From Geopsychrobacteraceae bacterium (lineage in GTDB: Bacteria; Desulfobacterota; Desulfuromonadia; Desulfuromonadales; Geopsychrobacteraceae), in the NCBI GenBank assembly GCA_963676795.2, contig CAXXTB010000002.1, positions 1,184,001 to 1,248,000 of the forward strand: a stretch of 64,000 nt of DNA, written 5' to 3'. Positions within the stretch are counted from its first letter, which is position 1; the number at the start of each line of letters is the position of its first letter. Below, piece by piece: positions 9,721 through 19,072 of the stretch. Below the pieces are notes generated by a model. That model was not told the origin of the DNA and ran no database searches. It worked only from the letters and a program-made list of their open reading frames with translations. The position numbers and the translations under genes are program-made.

Positions 9721-11226
9721 ATGGTCTTCAGTTCGCCTATTTTTCTGTTTTTATTTTTACCGCTTTTTCTGATTCTGTACTACCTGATCATTTTTCCATC
9801 GAAAAATATAAAAAACAGACTGATTTCAAGGTGTTTTTTGGGGCTTAGCAACCTCTTCGTACTCGTATCAAGTCTGTTGTTTTATTTCTGGGGAGAGGGT
9901 TGGCTCATATTTGTAATGCTGACCTCGACGGTTGTGGATTATTTGTGTGGAATGCTTCTGGGGCTTTGTGAGAAACGGCAGTTCAGAAAAGCTCTGCTGG
10001 CAATTTCAATCTGTTCAAACCTCTGTCTTCTCGGCTTCTTTAAGTATTTTAACTTTGGCCTCGATACTATTAATGCTCTTGCTGGATCAATGGGATTTGC
10101 CGGTTGGCATGCTGATGGAGCTCTTAAGATAGCTTTGCCGTTGGGCATCTCTTTTTATACATTTCAAAGCATGAGTTATACAATTGATGTCTATAGAAGA
10201 GAGGTAGAGCCAACACGCAATTTCTTCAGTTTTGCATGCTTTGTCAGTATGTTTCCTCAGCTTGTCGCTGGGCCTATTGTGCGATATCGTGACGTTGCCA
10301 CCGAATTGTTTGACCGTAAAGTTTCTCTTGATAATATTTCGGCCGGTTGTTTGAGGTTTGTGTTTGGCTTGTCCAAGAAAGTTCTTATAGCTAACACCGT
10401 TGCTCTTCCTGCTGATAAGATTTTTGCCATTCCTTCGAGTGATTTAACCCCATCTCTGGCTTGGTTTGGAATTGTTTGTTATGCCATGCAGATATACTTC
10501 GATTTTTCGGGTTACTCGGATATGGCTATTGGGCTTGGCCGAATGCTGGGCTTCACCTTTCCTGAAAATTTCAATTATCCCTATATTTCCAAGTCAGTTC
10601 AGGAGTTCTGGCGACGTTGGCACATGTCTCTCTCAACTTGGTTCAGGGATTATCTCTATATCCCTCTGGGCGGTAATCGCGTTGCTCCGTGGCGGGTTTA
10701 TTTTAATCTATTTTTCGTGTTTTTTCTTTGCGGTTTGTGGCACGGCGCTTCGTGGAATTTTATCCTGTGGGGGCTTTTCCATGGGTTGTTTCTGGTTTTG
10801 GAGCGTTCCGGCATATTGCGTTTCGTTGAGAAATTGCCAGCTCTGCTTCGCCACATCTATGTTTTGTTGATGGTTCTGATTGGTTGGGTTCTGTTCAGAA
10901 CTGAAACCCTCGAACAGGCATGGTCGTTTTTGACTAGTATGTTTGGCTATACTGCAGGGACTCATCAGGTTTATCAGCTTTCAATGTATGCGTCTAATGA
11001 TGTCGTTTTTACTCTTATTGTTGGACTTGTTCTTTCCTGTCCATTGTATGGTTTTCTGAGTGTTCAGCTGAAAAAAATGCATGCCCGGATTGTTGGCCGC
11101 AAGCGAAGATTCTATGTTTTTTTGCATGCGTTTTCTAAAGCTTCAATAACTCTTATTTTCATGCTTCTTTCTATTATGAGCATTTCAAGTGGATCCTACA
11201 ATCCATTTATATATTTTAGATTTTGA
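9721..11226 (+). CDS. MBOAT O-acyltransferase, AlgI/PatA/DltB family
   Basis: MVFSSPIFLF, LPLGISFYTFQ, YFDFSGYSDMAIG, FWRRWHMSLSTWFRDYLYIPLGG, GLWHGA and C-terminal PFIYFRF. Confidence 0.95.
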   Translation: MVFSSPIFLFLFLPLFLILYYLIIFPSKNIKNRLISRCFLGLSNLFVLVSSLLFYFWGEGWLIFVMLTSTVVDYLCGMLLGLCEKRQFRKALLAISICSNLCLLGFFKYFNFGLDTINALAGSMGFAGWHADGALKIALPLGISFYTFQSMSYTIDVYRREVEPTRNFFSFACFVSMFPQLVAGPIVRYRDVATELFDRKVSLDNISAGCLRFVFGLSKKVLIANTVALPADKIFAIPSSDLTPSLAWFGIVCYAMQIYFDFSGYSDMAIGLGRMLGFTFPENFNYPYISKSVQEFWRRWHMSLSTWFRDYLYIPLGGNRVAPWRVYFNLFFVFFLCGLWHGASWNFILWGLFHGLFLVLERSGILRFVEKLPALLRHIYVLLMVLIGWVLFRTETLEQAWSFLTSMFGYTAGTHQVYQLSMYASNDVVFTLIVGLVLSCPLYGFLSVQLKKMHARIVGRKRRFYVFLHAFSKASITLIFMLLSIMSISSGSYNPFIYFRF

Positions 11227-11238
11227 TAGGTCGTTTTT

Positions 11239-12354
11239 ATGAAAGTAAATTACTTGATATTTTATATTTCTTGTTTGTTATTGCTTGCGCCATTGGTTGG
11301 TCTTGTCTTTCCTGATTTAAATCCTAAAACAGATCTTTTTGAGAATCGCAAGTTAGCGGACTTTCCAAAATTTAACCTGAATAAAATTACCGATTATCCT
11401 GAAGCTTTTGAAGGTTATTTTGATGATCATTTTGGTTTTAGAAGCTTTTTTATTAAATTAAATGGAAAATATAAGAGGAAAGTTTTTGGGATTAAAGAGG
11501 AGAAGGCAAAGGTTTTATCCGGAAAAGATGAATGGTTGTTCTTTACTGGCAATGATAGTGTTGAAGACTACCGAGGACTGAGCACTTTTACTCCTGAACA
11601 CTTGGAAAAGTGGGCAGCTATCCTTACAAAAAAGCAAGAATACCTGAAATCTGTTGGGGTTGATTATCTCTTCGTTGTTGCTCCTAATAAATCAAGCATT
11701 TATCCTGAATATCTGCCTGACTGGATGACGAAGGTTGCGCCTCAGACCCCCCTGGATCAGTTGTTGTCTTATTTGAAAAGAAGGACAGATCTTAATGTTC
11801 TGGACTTAAGAGACTCGTTGCTAGCTAAAAAAGATAATGGTGTTCTTTTGTATTACCCTACCGACACTCATTGGAATTCTATGGGCGCTTTTGTGGGCTA
11901 TCGTGAAATAATGGCGCATCTTGGCTTGCCTTTCACGCGCCATGCGTTGTCTGATCATGATGTTGACCTTTCTTTCGCCCCAAAGCGTGGTGGCGATTTG
12001 GCAAAGATGCTCGGTATTCAGAGTGAGGTTCGTGAGACGGCACCTCAAGTTGTTCCAATTCATATGACTGCTACTAAGCAATTTGATTTCCCTGGCCCAC
12101 CTAGAGATATTTTGATGCAGGCGGAAGATCGTACCCTTCCACGCCTACTGGTCTTTAGGGATTCTTTTTCCGAAGCTTTAATTCCATTTCTGTCTGAAAG
12201 TTTCAGTTATTCTCGATATGTCTGGTCCGGTTGGGGTGAAGATACCCCGATTAAGCGGTTATTGGAAGAGAGTACTCCGGATGTTGTTATTGAGGAGTGG
12301 GTTGAACGTTTAGTGAATGAGGAGCGTCTTCTTTCTTATGCTGACCCTCGTTAG
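11239..12354 (+). CDS. AlgJ/AlgX-like periplasmic SGNH O-acetyltransferase
   Basis: ENRKLADFP, GKDEWLF, PNKSSIYPE, DTHWN and RDSFS; directly follows the MBOAT gene. Confidence 0.88.
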   Translation: MKVNYLIFYISCLLLLAPLVGLVFPDLNPKTDLFENRKLADFPKFNLNKITDYPEAFEGYFDDHFGFRSFFIKLNGKYKRKVFGIKEEKAKVLSGKDEWLFFTGNDSVEDYRGLSTFTPEHLEKWAAILTKKQEYLKSVGVDYLFVVAPNKSSIYPEYLPDWMTKVAPQTPLDQLLSYLKRRTDLNVLDLRDSLLAKKDNGVLLYYPTDTHWNSMGAFVGYREIMAHLGLPFTRHALSDHDVDLSFAPKRGGDLAKMLGIQSEVRETAPQVVPIHMTATKQFDFPGPPRDILMQAEDRTLPRLLVFRDSFSEALIPFLSESFSYSRYVWSGWGEDTPIKRLLEESTPDVVIEEWVERLVNEERLLSYADPR

Positions 12355-12426
12355 GTCCTGTTTTGCTAGGGTATAGTCGCAGGGAATGTTTGCAGCACGT
12401 TTAGAAGATTGTAAACGGAGGATTTT

Positions 12427-14424
12427 TTGAAGTATCGCAGAGAGATAGATGGCTTGCGCGCAATAGCTGTCATGCCGGTTATTTTGTTTCATGCCGGATT
12501 TGAGGTGTTTAGGGGTGGGTTCGTTGGTGTCGATGTCTTTTTTGTCATCAGTGGTTATTTGATTACTACAATTCTTCTTTCGGATCTGGCAGACCAGAAG
12601 TTTTCTCTGGTGAGATTTTATGAAAGAAGGGCGCGTCGGATTTTGCCTGCGTTGTTTGTTGTCCTTCTTTTTTGTGTGGTTATGGCGTGGTTTTGGCTGG
12701 TTCCGAACGAATTTCGGAGCTTTAGCAAAAGTGTCAATTTCGTTTCCACTTTTAGGTCCAACATATTCTTTTACAAGGATAGTGGGTACTTTTCAACTGC
12801 GTCTGATCTGAAGCCGTTGCTTCATACCTGGAGTCTGGCGGTTGAGGAGCAGTATTATGTATTTTTCCCTCTTCTGTTGTTGTTGCTGTGGAAGATTAAT
12901 CAAAGGTTGGTTCTCCCGGCTCTAGTTCTTCTCGGCGTGGGTAGCTTGGCCTATGCTCAGATTACATCCCAGGTAAATGCCAATGCTGCATTCTATCTGC
13001 TTCCATCACGTATCTGGGAGCTCATAGTTGGTGCCTTGGTCGCTTATTGGAGCCTTGTATGGCCTGAGCATTTTAAGCGTTTAGTGCAGAAAAAGGTATT
13101 TGCAGAGATCGGGTCACTTCTGGGACTTTGTCTGTTGGTAGTTTCTATCTTCTTTTTTGATAAGTCGACCCCATTCCCGGGCTTTTACGCTTTAGTGCCT
13201 ACATTGGGTGCGGCAGCAATAATTGTTTTTGCTTCACCTTATACTCTGGTTGGGCGATTGTTAAGTACCAGGGTTTTGGTTGGTCTTGGTTTGATCAGTT
13301 ATAGTGCTTATCTCTGGCATCAACCTTTATTTGCCTTTGCGCGCCATGCTAGTTTAGGAGCCCTTCCGGTATCCTGGTTTCTTATTCTTGTTATTCTTTC
13401 TCTTCTACTTGCTTTCATAAGTTGGCGATTTATCGAACGCCCGTTCAGGGATAAAAATTGGGTTGGTCGTAGGCTTGTATTCGCCTTGTCTTTGGTCGGA
13501 ATTATGGTGTTTGTTGCAGGCGGACTGTATGGGCATGATTCCAGCGGCTTTCCAGGTAGATATAAGTTATCCCCTGAAATAATTGCTTCACTGAAGTCAC
13601 CTGCAGATGTGAGGAGAACGGTGGCGTCTTCTGGGAAGGGAAAGAAAGATACTTATTATATCAAAGTGGGGGGGAGTGAGGTTTTGAATGCTCCTCAGGT
13701 TGCTTTTTTTGGTGACAGTCATTTAGGTGTCCTGGCTCCGGTTCTTGATGAAATCGGCAAGGAACAGGGTTTTTCTGTTGTCAGGATGGGGGCTGGTGGC
13801 TGTCCTCCTCTTCTGGGTGTTGATGTCGGAAAGGGGAATTTTAGCCCGGGATTTTGTGAAGATCTAGCTGCTAAGCAATATGATTATGTTGAGAAGAATC
13901 AAATAAAAAATGTAGTTCTTGTGGCAAGGTGGAGTCTGTATACTGACGGTGATTATGACAAGCCAAAGAGAGCCTTTTTTTTAATTGATTCAGAAAATAA
14001 AAAGTTCTCTGTTATGTCTTCTCGTGAGGTTTTTGAAAGATCTCTGCGTAATACAATAATTAAATACGAAGAAATCGGCGTGAATGTTGTTGTTCTTTTG
14101 CAGGTTCCTCAGCAAGATAAAACTCCAACAGATATATATTATGCTCTTTCTAAGAGTTATATTGATAATGAAACTTTAAAGAAGATATCTGTTAATTTTA
14201 ATAAGCACATTATGATTCAGGAATATAATAGAAATATATTCGACAAATACAGCAACGATCCTCATGTTCGACTTCTGAGTATCGATGATACTTTTTGTGA
14301 CAATGAGAATTGTACTGTAGGTGTAGATAAACATTCATATTATTTCGATTATAACCATCTTTCTATATATGGTGCTGAATTAGTCAAGCCTGATCTGTCA
14401 AGATTTTTTAAGAATTATTTGTAG
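12427..14424 (+). CDS. Acyltransferase-3 + SGNH fusion (OafA/OatA-like O-acetyltransferase)
   Basis: YRREIDGLRAIAV, GVDVFFVISGYLIT, HTWSLAVEEQYY; SGNH motifs GDSH and DYNH. Confidence 0.93.
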   Translation: MKYRREIDGLRAIAVMPVILFHAGFEVFRGGFVGVDVFFVISGYLITTILLSDLADQKFSLVRFYERRARRILPALFVVLLFCVVMAWFWLVPNEFRSFSKSVNFVSTFRSNIFFYKDSGYFSTASDLKPLLHTWSLAVEEQYYVFFPLLLLLLWKINQRLVLPALVLLGVGSLAYAQITSQVNANAAFYLLPSRIWELIVGALVAYWSLVWPEHFKRLVQKKVFAEIGSLLGLCLLVVSIFFFDKSTPFPGFYALVPTLGAAAIIVFASPYTLVGRLLSTRVLVGLGLISYSAYLWHQPLFAFARHASLGALPVSWFLILVILSLLLAFISWRFIERPFRDKNWVGRRLVFALSLVGIMVFVAGGLYGHDSSGFPGRYKLSPEIIASLKSPADVRRTVASSGKGKKDTYYIKVGGSEVLNAPQVAFFGDSHLGVLAPVLDEIGKEQGFSVVRMGAGGCPPLLGVDVGKGNFSPGFCEDLAAKQYDYVEKNQIKNVVLVARWSLYTDGDYDKPKRAFFLIDSENKKFSVMSSREVFERSLRNTIIKYEEIGVNVVVLLQVPQQDKTPTDIYYALSKSYIDNETLKKISVNFNKHIMIQEYNRNIFDKYSNDPHVRLLSIDDTFCDNENCTVGVDKHSYYFDYNHLSIYGAELVKPDLSRFFKNYL

Positions 14425-14477
14425 TAAATACGTTGCTGCATTCTTTTAATTTTAGACGCTGATTGTGAGAGTTTTTA

Positions 14478-15029
14478 ATGAACGTAATTGATACCTTTAT
14501 ACCAGACGTGAAAATTATCGAGCCCAAGGTTTTCGGTGATGATCGCGGTTTTTTTTATGAGAGTTTCAACCTGCGTCAATGGCAAGAATTAACAGGGGTT
14601 GATGTCAGCTTTGTTCAGGATAACCATTCGCGTTCATGCCGTGGCGTATTGCGTGGATTGCACTACCAGATACAGCAGCCGCAAGGAAAGCTAGTGCGTT
14701 GCGTGGTGGGGGAGGTTTATGATGTCGCAGTCGATCTTAGAAAGACATCTGCAACCTTTGGAAAGTGGGTTGGCGTTCATCTTTCAGCTGACAATAAACG
14801 TCAGTTCTGGGTGCCTGCGGGTTTTGCTCACGGCTTTTTGGTTCTGTCTGATTATGCAGAATTTTTGTATAAGACTACAGATTATTATGCGCCAGAGTAT
14901 GAACGGGCAATTTCCTGGAATGATCGCGATCTGAACATCGATTGGCCGGATTGTGGTGTTAGCCCTGTTCTTTCTTCCAAAGATGCTGCAGCGCATGCGT
15001 TTTCCAGTGCCGAGTTTTTCGATTTTTAG
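14478..15029 (+). CDS. rfbC: dTDP-4-dehydrorhamnose 3,5-epimerase
   Basis: FGDDRGFF, QDNHSRS, LRGLHYQ and GFAHGF. Confidence 0.97.
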   Translation: MNVIDTFIPDVKIIEPKVFGDDRGFFYESFNLRQWQELTGVDVSFVQDNHSRSCRGVLRGLHYQIQQPQGKLVRCVVGEVYDVAVDLRKTSATFGKWVGVHLSADNKRQFWVPAGFAHGFLVLSDYAEFLYKTTDYYAPEYERAISWNDRDLNIDWPDCGVSPVLSSKDAAAHAFSSAEFFDF

Positions 15030-15069
15030 AAGATTGCACTTTGCCTGTTTATGGCTTTAGGGCTTGGTT

Positions 15070-15714
15070 ATGGACGAACGTTGCGACTGCCTGTTAAAAG
15101 ATACGCTGCCTCTTGCTTCTGGTAGTGAAAAGAGTATTTATCAGCACCCTGATTCGCCTCAGCATCTGATCAAGGTATGGCATGAGGAGTATTTTTATAA
15201 AATCCGCAAGGAGAATCCGATATTTACAAGGCTCAGGAGGCTTCCGCGGTACTCTGCGATTCTAAAGGAATTTACGGAACATTTATGTGTACGCGAGTGG
15301 AACGATCAGCACATATTTATTCAGAAAATCGTCGGAGTTGTTGATACTGATCTTGGTGTTGGTCTCGTCGTCAGAAAGGTTGCAAGAAAAAATGGCGACT
15401 TGGCGAGGAATCTTTCTGATCTGTTGAATAGTGGCGAATTTTCGTCTGATCATCGAGCAGCTCTTGACGAATTCCTGAATTGGCTTAAGGGCTCTGGGGT
15501 TATTGTTCGTGACTTGGGCACCAAAAATCTTGTCTGGGATGAAATCGAAGAGCGCTTCGTTGTCATTGATGGTATCGGTGGCAAGGCGCGGATTTCACTT
15601 CGAGAATATTGCAAATGGTATAACCGGCGGTCAAATAATCGTCGTGCCGATAAGCTGTTGTCTAGGGTCGAGCATATTTTGAGGGGTATAGATAAAAGTC
15701 ATTCTCGCCGTTAA
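15070..15714 (+). CDS. YrbL (PhoP regulatory network)-family, kinase-like protein
   Basis: LASGSEKSIYQHP..LIKV, VDTDLGVGLV, RDLGTKNLV and VIDGIG. Confidence 0.72.
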   Translation: MDERCDCLLKDTLPLASGSEKSIYQHPDSPQHLIKVWHEEYFYKIRKENPIFTRLRRLPRYSAILKEFTEHLCVREWNDQHIFIQKIVGVVDTDLGVGLVVRKVARKNGDLARNLSDLLNSGEFSSDHRAALDEFLNWLKGSGVIVRDLGTKNLVWDEIEERFVVIDGIGGKARISLREYCKWYNRRSNNRRADKLLSRVEHILRGIDKSHSRR

Positions 15715-15844
15715 TTTCCTTTCGTATTGGTCCTGTGTTGTTCGTCTTGTTTTTCTTTTCGTTGTAAACTTAGTATGTTGTGATATATTCATTAGATCTC
15801 TGAGGGGGCTCAGTACGGTATTATAATATCGAAGGGAGAATGAA

Positions 15845-16132
15845 ATGAAAACGTTGAAAAAGGTCGTGTTGTATTCTGTGTTGATGTTGTCTGTCATGTT
15901 TGTTCCTGCCTATGGTTTTGCTGCGGGAAAGATCAATCTGAATACGGCTGGTGTTGCTGAGCTGACCCAGTTGAGTGGCATCGGAGAAAAAACAGCTCAG
16001 AAGATTGTCGAGTATCGCACGCAGCATAAGTTTAAATCGGTTGATGAGTTGGCTAATGTCAAGGGGATCGGAGAGAAGTCCCTGGCTAAGTTGAGGGATC
16101 AGGTGACTGTCGAGGAAGTGAAGAAAAAGTAA
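15845..16132 (+). CDS. comEA: ComEA family helix-hairpin-helix DNA-binding protein
   Basis: Signal peptide plus KINLNTA..ELTQLSGIGEKTAQKIVEYR and VKGIGEK. Confidence 0.9.
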   Translation: MKTLKKVVLYSVLMLSVMFVPAYGFAAGKINLNTAGVAELTQLSGIGEKTAQKIVEYRTQHKFKSVDELANVKGIGEKSLAKLRDQVTVEEVKKK

Positions 16133-16164
16133 CTAGTTATTTTTTTACCCCCTTGGTAGATTGA

Positions 16165-16192
16165 GCGGGAGGGTTTTGCCCTCCCGTTTTTT
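16165..16192 (+). terminator. Rho-independent terminator after comEA
   Basis: CGGGAGGG/CCCTCCCG stem followed by a T-tract. Confidence 0.85.
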
Positions 16193-16256
16193 GTTTTCTG
16201 TTACCCGCGATGAATTGCTTAGAACTATTCCAATTATTTGAGGGAGTGGGTCGTTA

Positions 16257-17267
16257 ATGAAAGTTTTGGTTACTGGTGCCGCAGGTTTTATCGGTTTTCA
16301 TCTGTCAAAATATCTTTTGCAGCGTGGTGATGAAGTCGTTGGTTTTGACAACCTCAATGACTATTACGATGTGACATTGAAACACGCGCGTTTGCGGCAG
16401 CTTGAAGGAATGGGCGGATTTCGCTTTGTCAAAGGCGATCTTGCCGATCGGGATGCGATTGCCGCTCTGTTTGCAGCTGAAAAGTTTGAACGGGTCGTCA
16501 ATCTTGCTGCTCAGGCCGGTGTTCGCTATTCACTGATCAATCCTTACGCCTATATCGACAGCAATATTCAGGGGTTTATCAACATCCTCGAGGGATGTCG
16601 GCACAATGGTGTTGGGCATCTTGTCTATGCTTCATCCTCTTCGGTTTACGGCGCTAACACCGCGATGCCGTTTTCGGTTCATGACAATGTTGATCATCCC
16701 GTATCTCTCTATGCAGCGAGCAAGAAGTCGAATGAACTGATGGCGCATACCTACAGCCATCTCTATGGGCTGCCGACGACCGGCCTGCGCTTTTTCACCG
16801 TGTATGGTCCCTGGGGCCGCCCGGATATGGCGATGTTTCTTTTCATCAAGGCGATTCTGGCTGGCGAGCCGATTGATGTTTTCAACTACGGTAAAATGAA
16901 GCGCGATTTTACCTATATTGATGATATAGTGGAAGGCGTTGTGCGGACGCTTGATCATGTTGCCCCTGCGAATCCTGGATGGTCTGGTGATAGTCCTGAT
17001 CCCGGCACCAGTGCTGCACCTTATCGGCTGTACAATATCGGCAATAACAACCCTGTTGAGCTGATGTATCTTATCGAGGTTATTGAGGATAAGCTGGGCA
17101 TCAAGGCGGAAAAGAACATGCTGCCGATTCAGCCTGGCGATGTTCCTGCAACCTATGCGAATGTCGATGCCTTGATTGAAGATGTCGGCTTCAAGCCTGA
17201 GACGTCCGTAGAACAGGGGGTTGATCAATTTATCCAGTGGTATAAATCCTATTACGCTATTGATTAA
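16257..17267 (+). CDS. NAD-dependent epimerase (UDP-glucuronate 4-epimerase, Uge/Cap1J-like)
   Basis: [35 protein letters not shown] and GPWGRPDMA. Confidence 0.92.
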   Translation: MKVLVTGAAGFIGFHLSKYLLQRGDEVVGFDNLNDYYDVTLKHARLRQLEGMGGFRFVKGDLADRDAIAALFAAEKFERVVNLAAQAGVRYSLINPYAYIDSNIQGFINILEGCRHNGVGHLVYASSSSVYGANTAMPFSVHDNVDHPVSLYAASKKSNELMAHTYSHLYGLPTTGLRFFTVYGPWGRPDMAMFLFIKAILAGEPIDVFNYGKMKRDFTYIDDIVEGVVRTLDHVAPANPGWSGDSPDPGTSAAPYRLYNIGNNNPVELMYLIEVIEDKLGIKAEKNMLPIQPGDVPATYANVDALIEDVGFKPETSVEQGVDQFIQWYKSYYAID

Positions 17268-17288
17268 ATTAAAGGAAGATCTGCAATC

Positions 17289-18164
17289 ATGATAAAAAGT
17301 ATGACCGGTTACGGACGTGGGCAGGCTTCGGCAGAGGGCCTGTCCTTTTCTGTCGAAATCAAGACGGTGAATCATCGCTATGGCGATGTCACGGTCAAGT
17401 CGCCAAGGCTGCTTTCGGCTTATGAGAACGATATCAAGAAACGTGTCGCCGCTGTTCTCAAGCGCGGCAAGATCGATATCTTCATCAGCCAGGATAATAG
17501 TTCACAGCTGGTCGCCAGGCCCTGTGTCGATGAAAAAATGGTATCAGCCTATCTCGAGGTATTTGAAAACCTTAAAGAGGTCAGCGGGCTGACAGGAGAT
17601 CTGAGCCTTGAGTTTCTGGCTTCGCAGAGAGATGTTCTGGTCGTCAAAGAGGCGGAGTTCTCTGCTGAAGACCTGGTTGACTGCCTGATGAGCGCTTTGG
17701 ATCGGGCGCTGGATGCTGTTCTGGAGATGCGTGTCAAAGAGGGCGCTGCGACCGCTCAGGATATCGAGGCGCGTTTCAATGTGCTGGTTGAGCTTCTGGG
17801 CGGCATTCGTGAGCGCGCTCCGGAGGTGCCGAAGGAGTGGCAACAGAAACTGCAGGAGCGCTTGAATCGCCTCTACGCCAATGGTGGTGATCCGCAGCGG
17901 ATTGCCCAGGAGATCGCCATCTTTGCTGATCGCTGTGATATCAGCGAGGAATTGACCCGATTTGACAGCCACCTTCAACAGTTCCGGGAACTGATGCTGC
18001 TGGAGGAGCCGGTCGGGCGTCAACTCGATTTTCTGGTGCAGGAACTGAACCGCGAGGCCAATACCATGGGCTCCAAGTCGAATGACGCTGCTCTGACCAG
18101 GCAGGTTGTAGCACTCAAGTCAGAGCTTGAGAAGATCAGGGAACAGGTGCAGAACATTGAGTAA
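17289..18164 (+). CDS. yicC: YicC/YloC family endoribonuclease
   Basis: SMTGYGR, VNHRY, DISEELTRF, GRQLDFLVQELNREANTMGSK and EKIREQVQNIE. Confidence 0.95.
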   Translation: MIKSMTGYGRGQASAEGLSFSVEIKTVNHRYGDVTVKSPRLLSAYENDIKKRVAAVLKRGKIDIFISQDNSSQLVARPCVDEKMVSAYLEVFENLKEVSGLTGDLSLEFLASQRDVLVVKEAEFSAEDLVDCLMSALDRALDAVLEMRVKEGAATAQDIEARFNVLVELLGGIRERAPEVPKEWQQKLQERLNRLYANGGDPQRIAQEIAIFADRCDISEELTRFDSHLQQFRELMLLEEPVGRQLDFLVQELNREANTMGSKSNDAALTRQVVALKSELEKIREQVQNIE

Positions 18165-18780
18165 GTCAGGTCAGAGAGACGGGGTGATTTTCGTTGTCTC
18201 CGCACCTTCGGGGGCGGGCAAGACTTCCCTGTGCCGTGAGTTGATCGCCAAGGTTGACAACCTGAAGCAGTCGGTCTCCTATGCGACCCGAGCGATCCGG
18301 GATGGTGAAACCGACGGGGTCGACTATCATTTCGTTGCTCAGCAGTCTTTTCGTGAGATGGTGCTGTGTAATCAGTTTGCCGAATGGGCCGAGGTGCATG
18401 GTAATCTTTACGGAACTGCACTGTCGACTCTGGAGGATGCCGAAGCCACTGGTGTCGACCTGCTGCTCGATATCGATTGTCAGGGGGCTGCCCAGCTGAA
18501 GAGAAATTATCAGAAGGCTGTCTTTATATTTATTCTGCCTCCAGATTATGCTACTTTAAGAAAACGTCTCTACGGGCGGGGCACAGACAGCGAAGAGGTC
18601 ATCGTCCGCCGCCTGGATAATGCCAGAGGTGAGATCGAAGAAGCGTCCTGGTATGATTATCTGATCATCAACGATGATTTTCAGGTTGCTTTGGAAGAGA
18701 TAAAATCTATTATTGTCGCGGAGCGTTGTCGTACCTCGCGTTCCCGCAGAATTTTGCAGAATTTTACCGAAGGAGAATAG
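18157..18780 (+). CDS. gmk: Guanylate kinase
   Basis: SAPSGAGKTS, DGVDYHFV and EWAEVHGNLYGT. TTG start overlaps the yicC end. Confidence 0.96.
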   Translation: MSKSGQRDGVIFVVSAPSGAGKTSLCRELIAKVDNLKQSVSYATRAIRDGETDGVDYHFVAQQSFREMVLCNQFAEWAEVHGNLYGTALSTLEDAEATGVDLLLDIDCQGAAQLKRNYQKAVFIFILPPDYATLRKRLYGRGTDSEEVIVRRLDNARGEIEEASWYDYLIINDDFQVALEEIKSIIVAERCRTSRSRRILQNFTEGE

Positions 18781-18783
18781 TGT

Positions 18784-18990
18784 ATGGCTCGCGTTACCGT
18801 TGAAGATTGTCTCGAAGTTATCCCCAATCGTTTTCTGCTGGCGATGGTTGCCGCAAAGCGTTCCAAGCAGCTCTACAAGGGCGCAGAACCGCTGATCGAT
18901 AATAAGGCCGGAAACAAGAAGGTTGTTGTCGCCCTGCGTGAGATTGCAGCGGACAAGGTCGGTTTTGAGATCCCACAGCGTCGCCGTTAA
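18784..18990 (+). CDS. rpoZ: RNA polymerase omega subunit
   Basis: [21 protein letters not shown]; gmk-rpoZ-rel synteny. Confidence 0.97.
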   Translation: MARVTVEDCLEVIPNRFLLAMVAAKRSKQLYKGAEPLIDNKAGNKKVVVALREIAADKVGFEIPQRRR

Positions 18991-19004
18991 GTTTATCAGT
19001 TTTG

Positions 19005-19046
19005 ATATTCCGCAGTCGGCAGCTTGTTTTACTGACTGCGGAATAT
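19005..19046 (+). other. Perfect 13-bp inverted repeat between rpoZ and rel
   Basis: ATATTCCGCAGTC (19005-19017) and GACTGCGGAATAT (19034-19046). Confidence 0.7.
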
Positions 19047-19072
19047 GATCCCGGGAGCTTGTCCGGCCCATC

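Noticed and set aside
13668..13674. G7 tract in the AT3-SGNH acetyltransferase as a phase-variation site
   Set aside because: The tract is short, the frame is intact, and an equal G7 occurs in the housekeeping nucleotidyltransferase (26937-26943)
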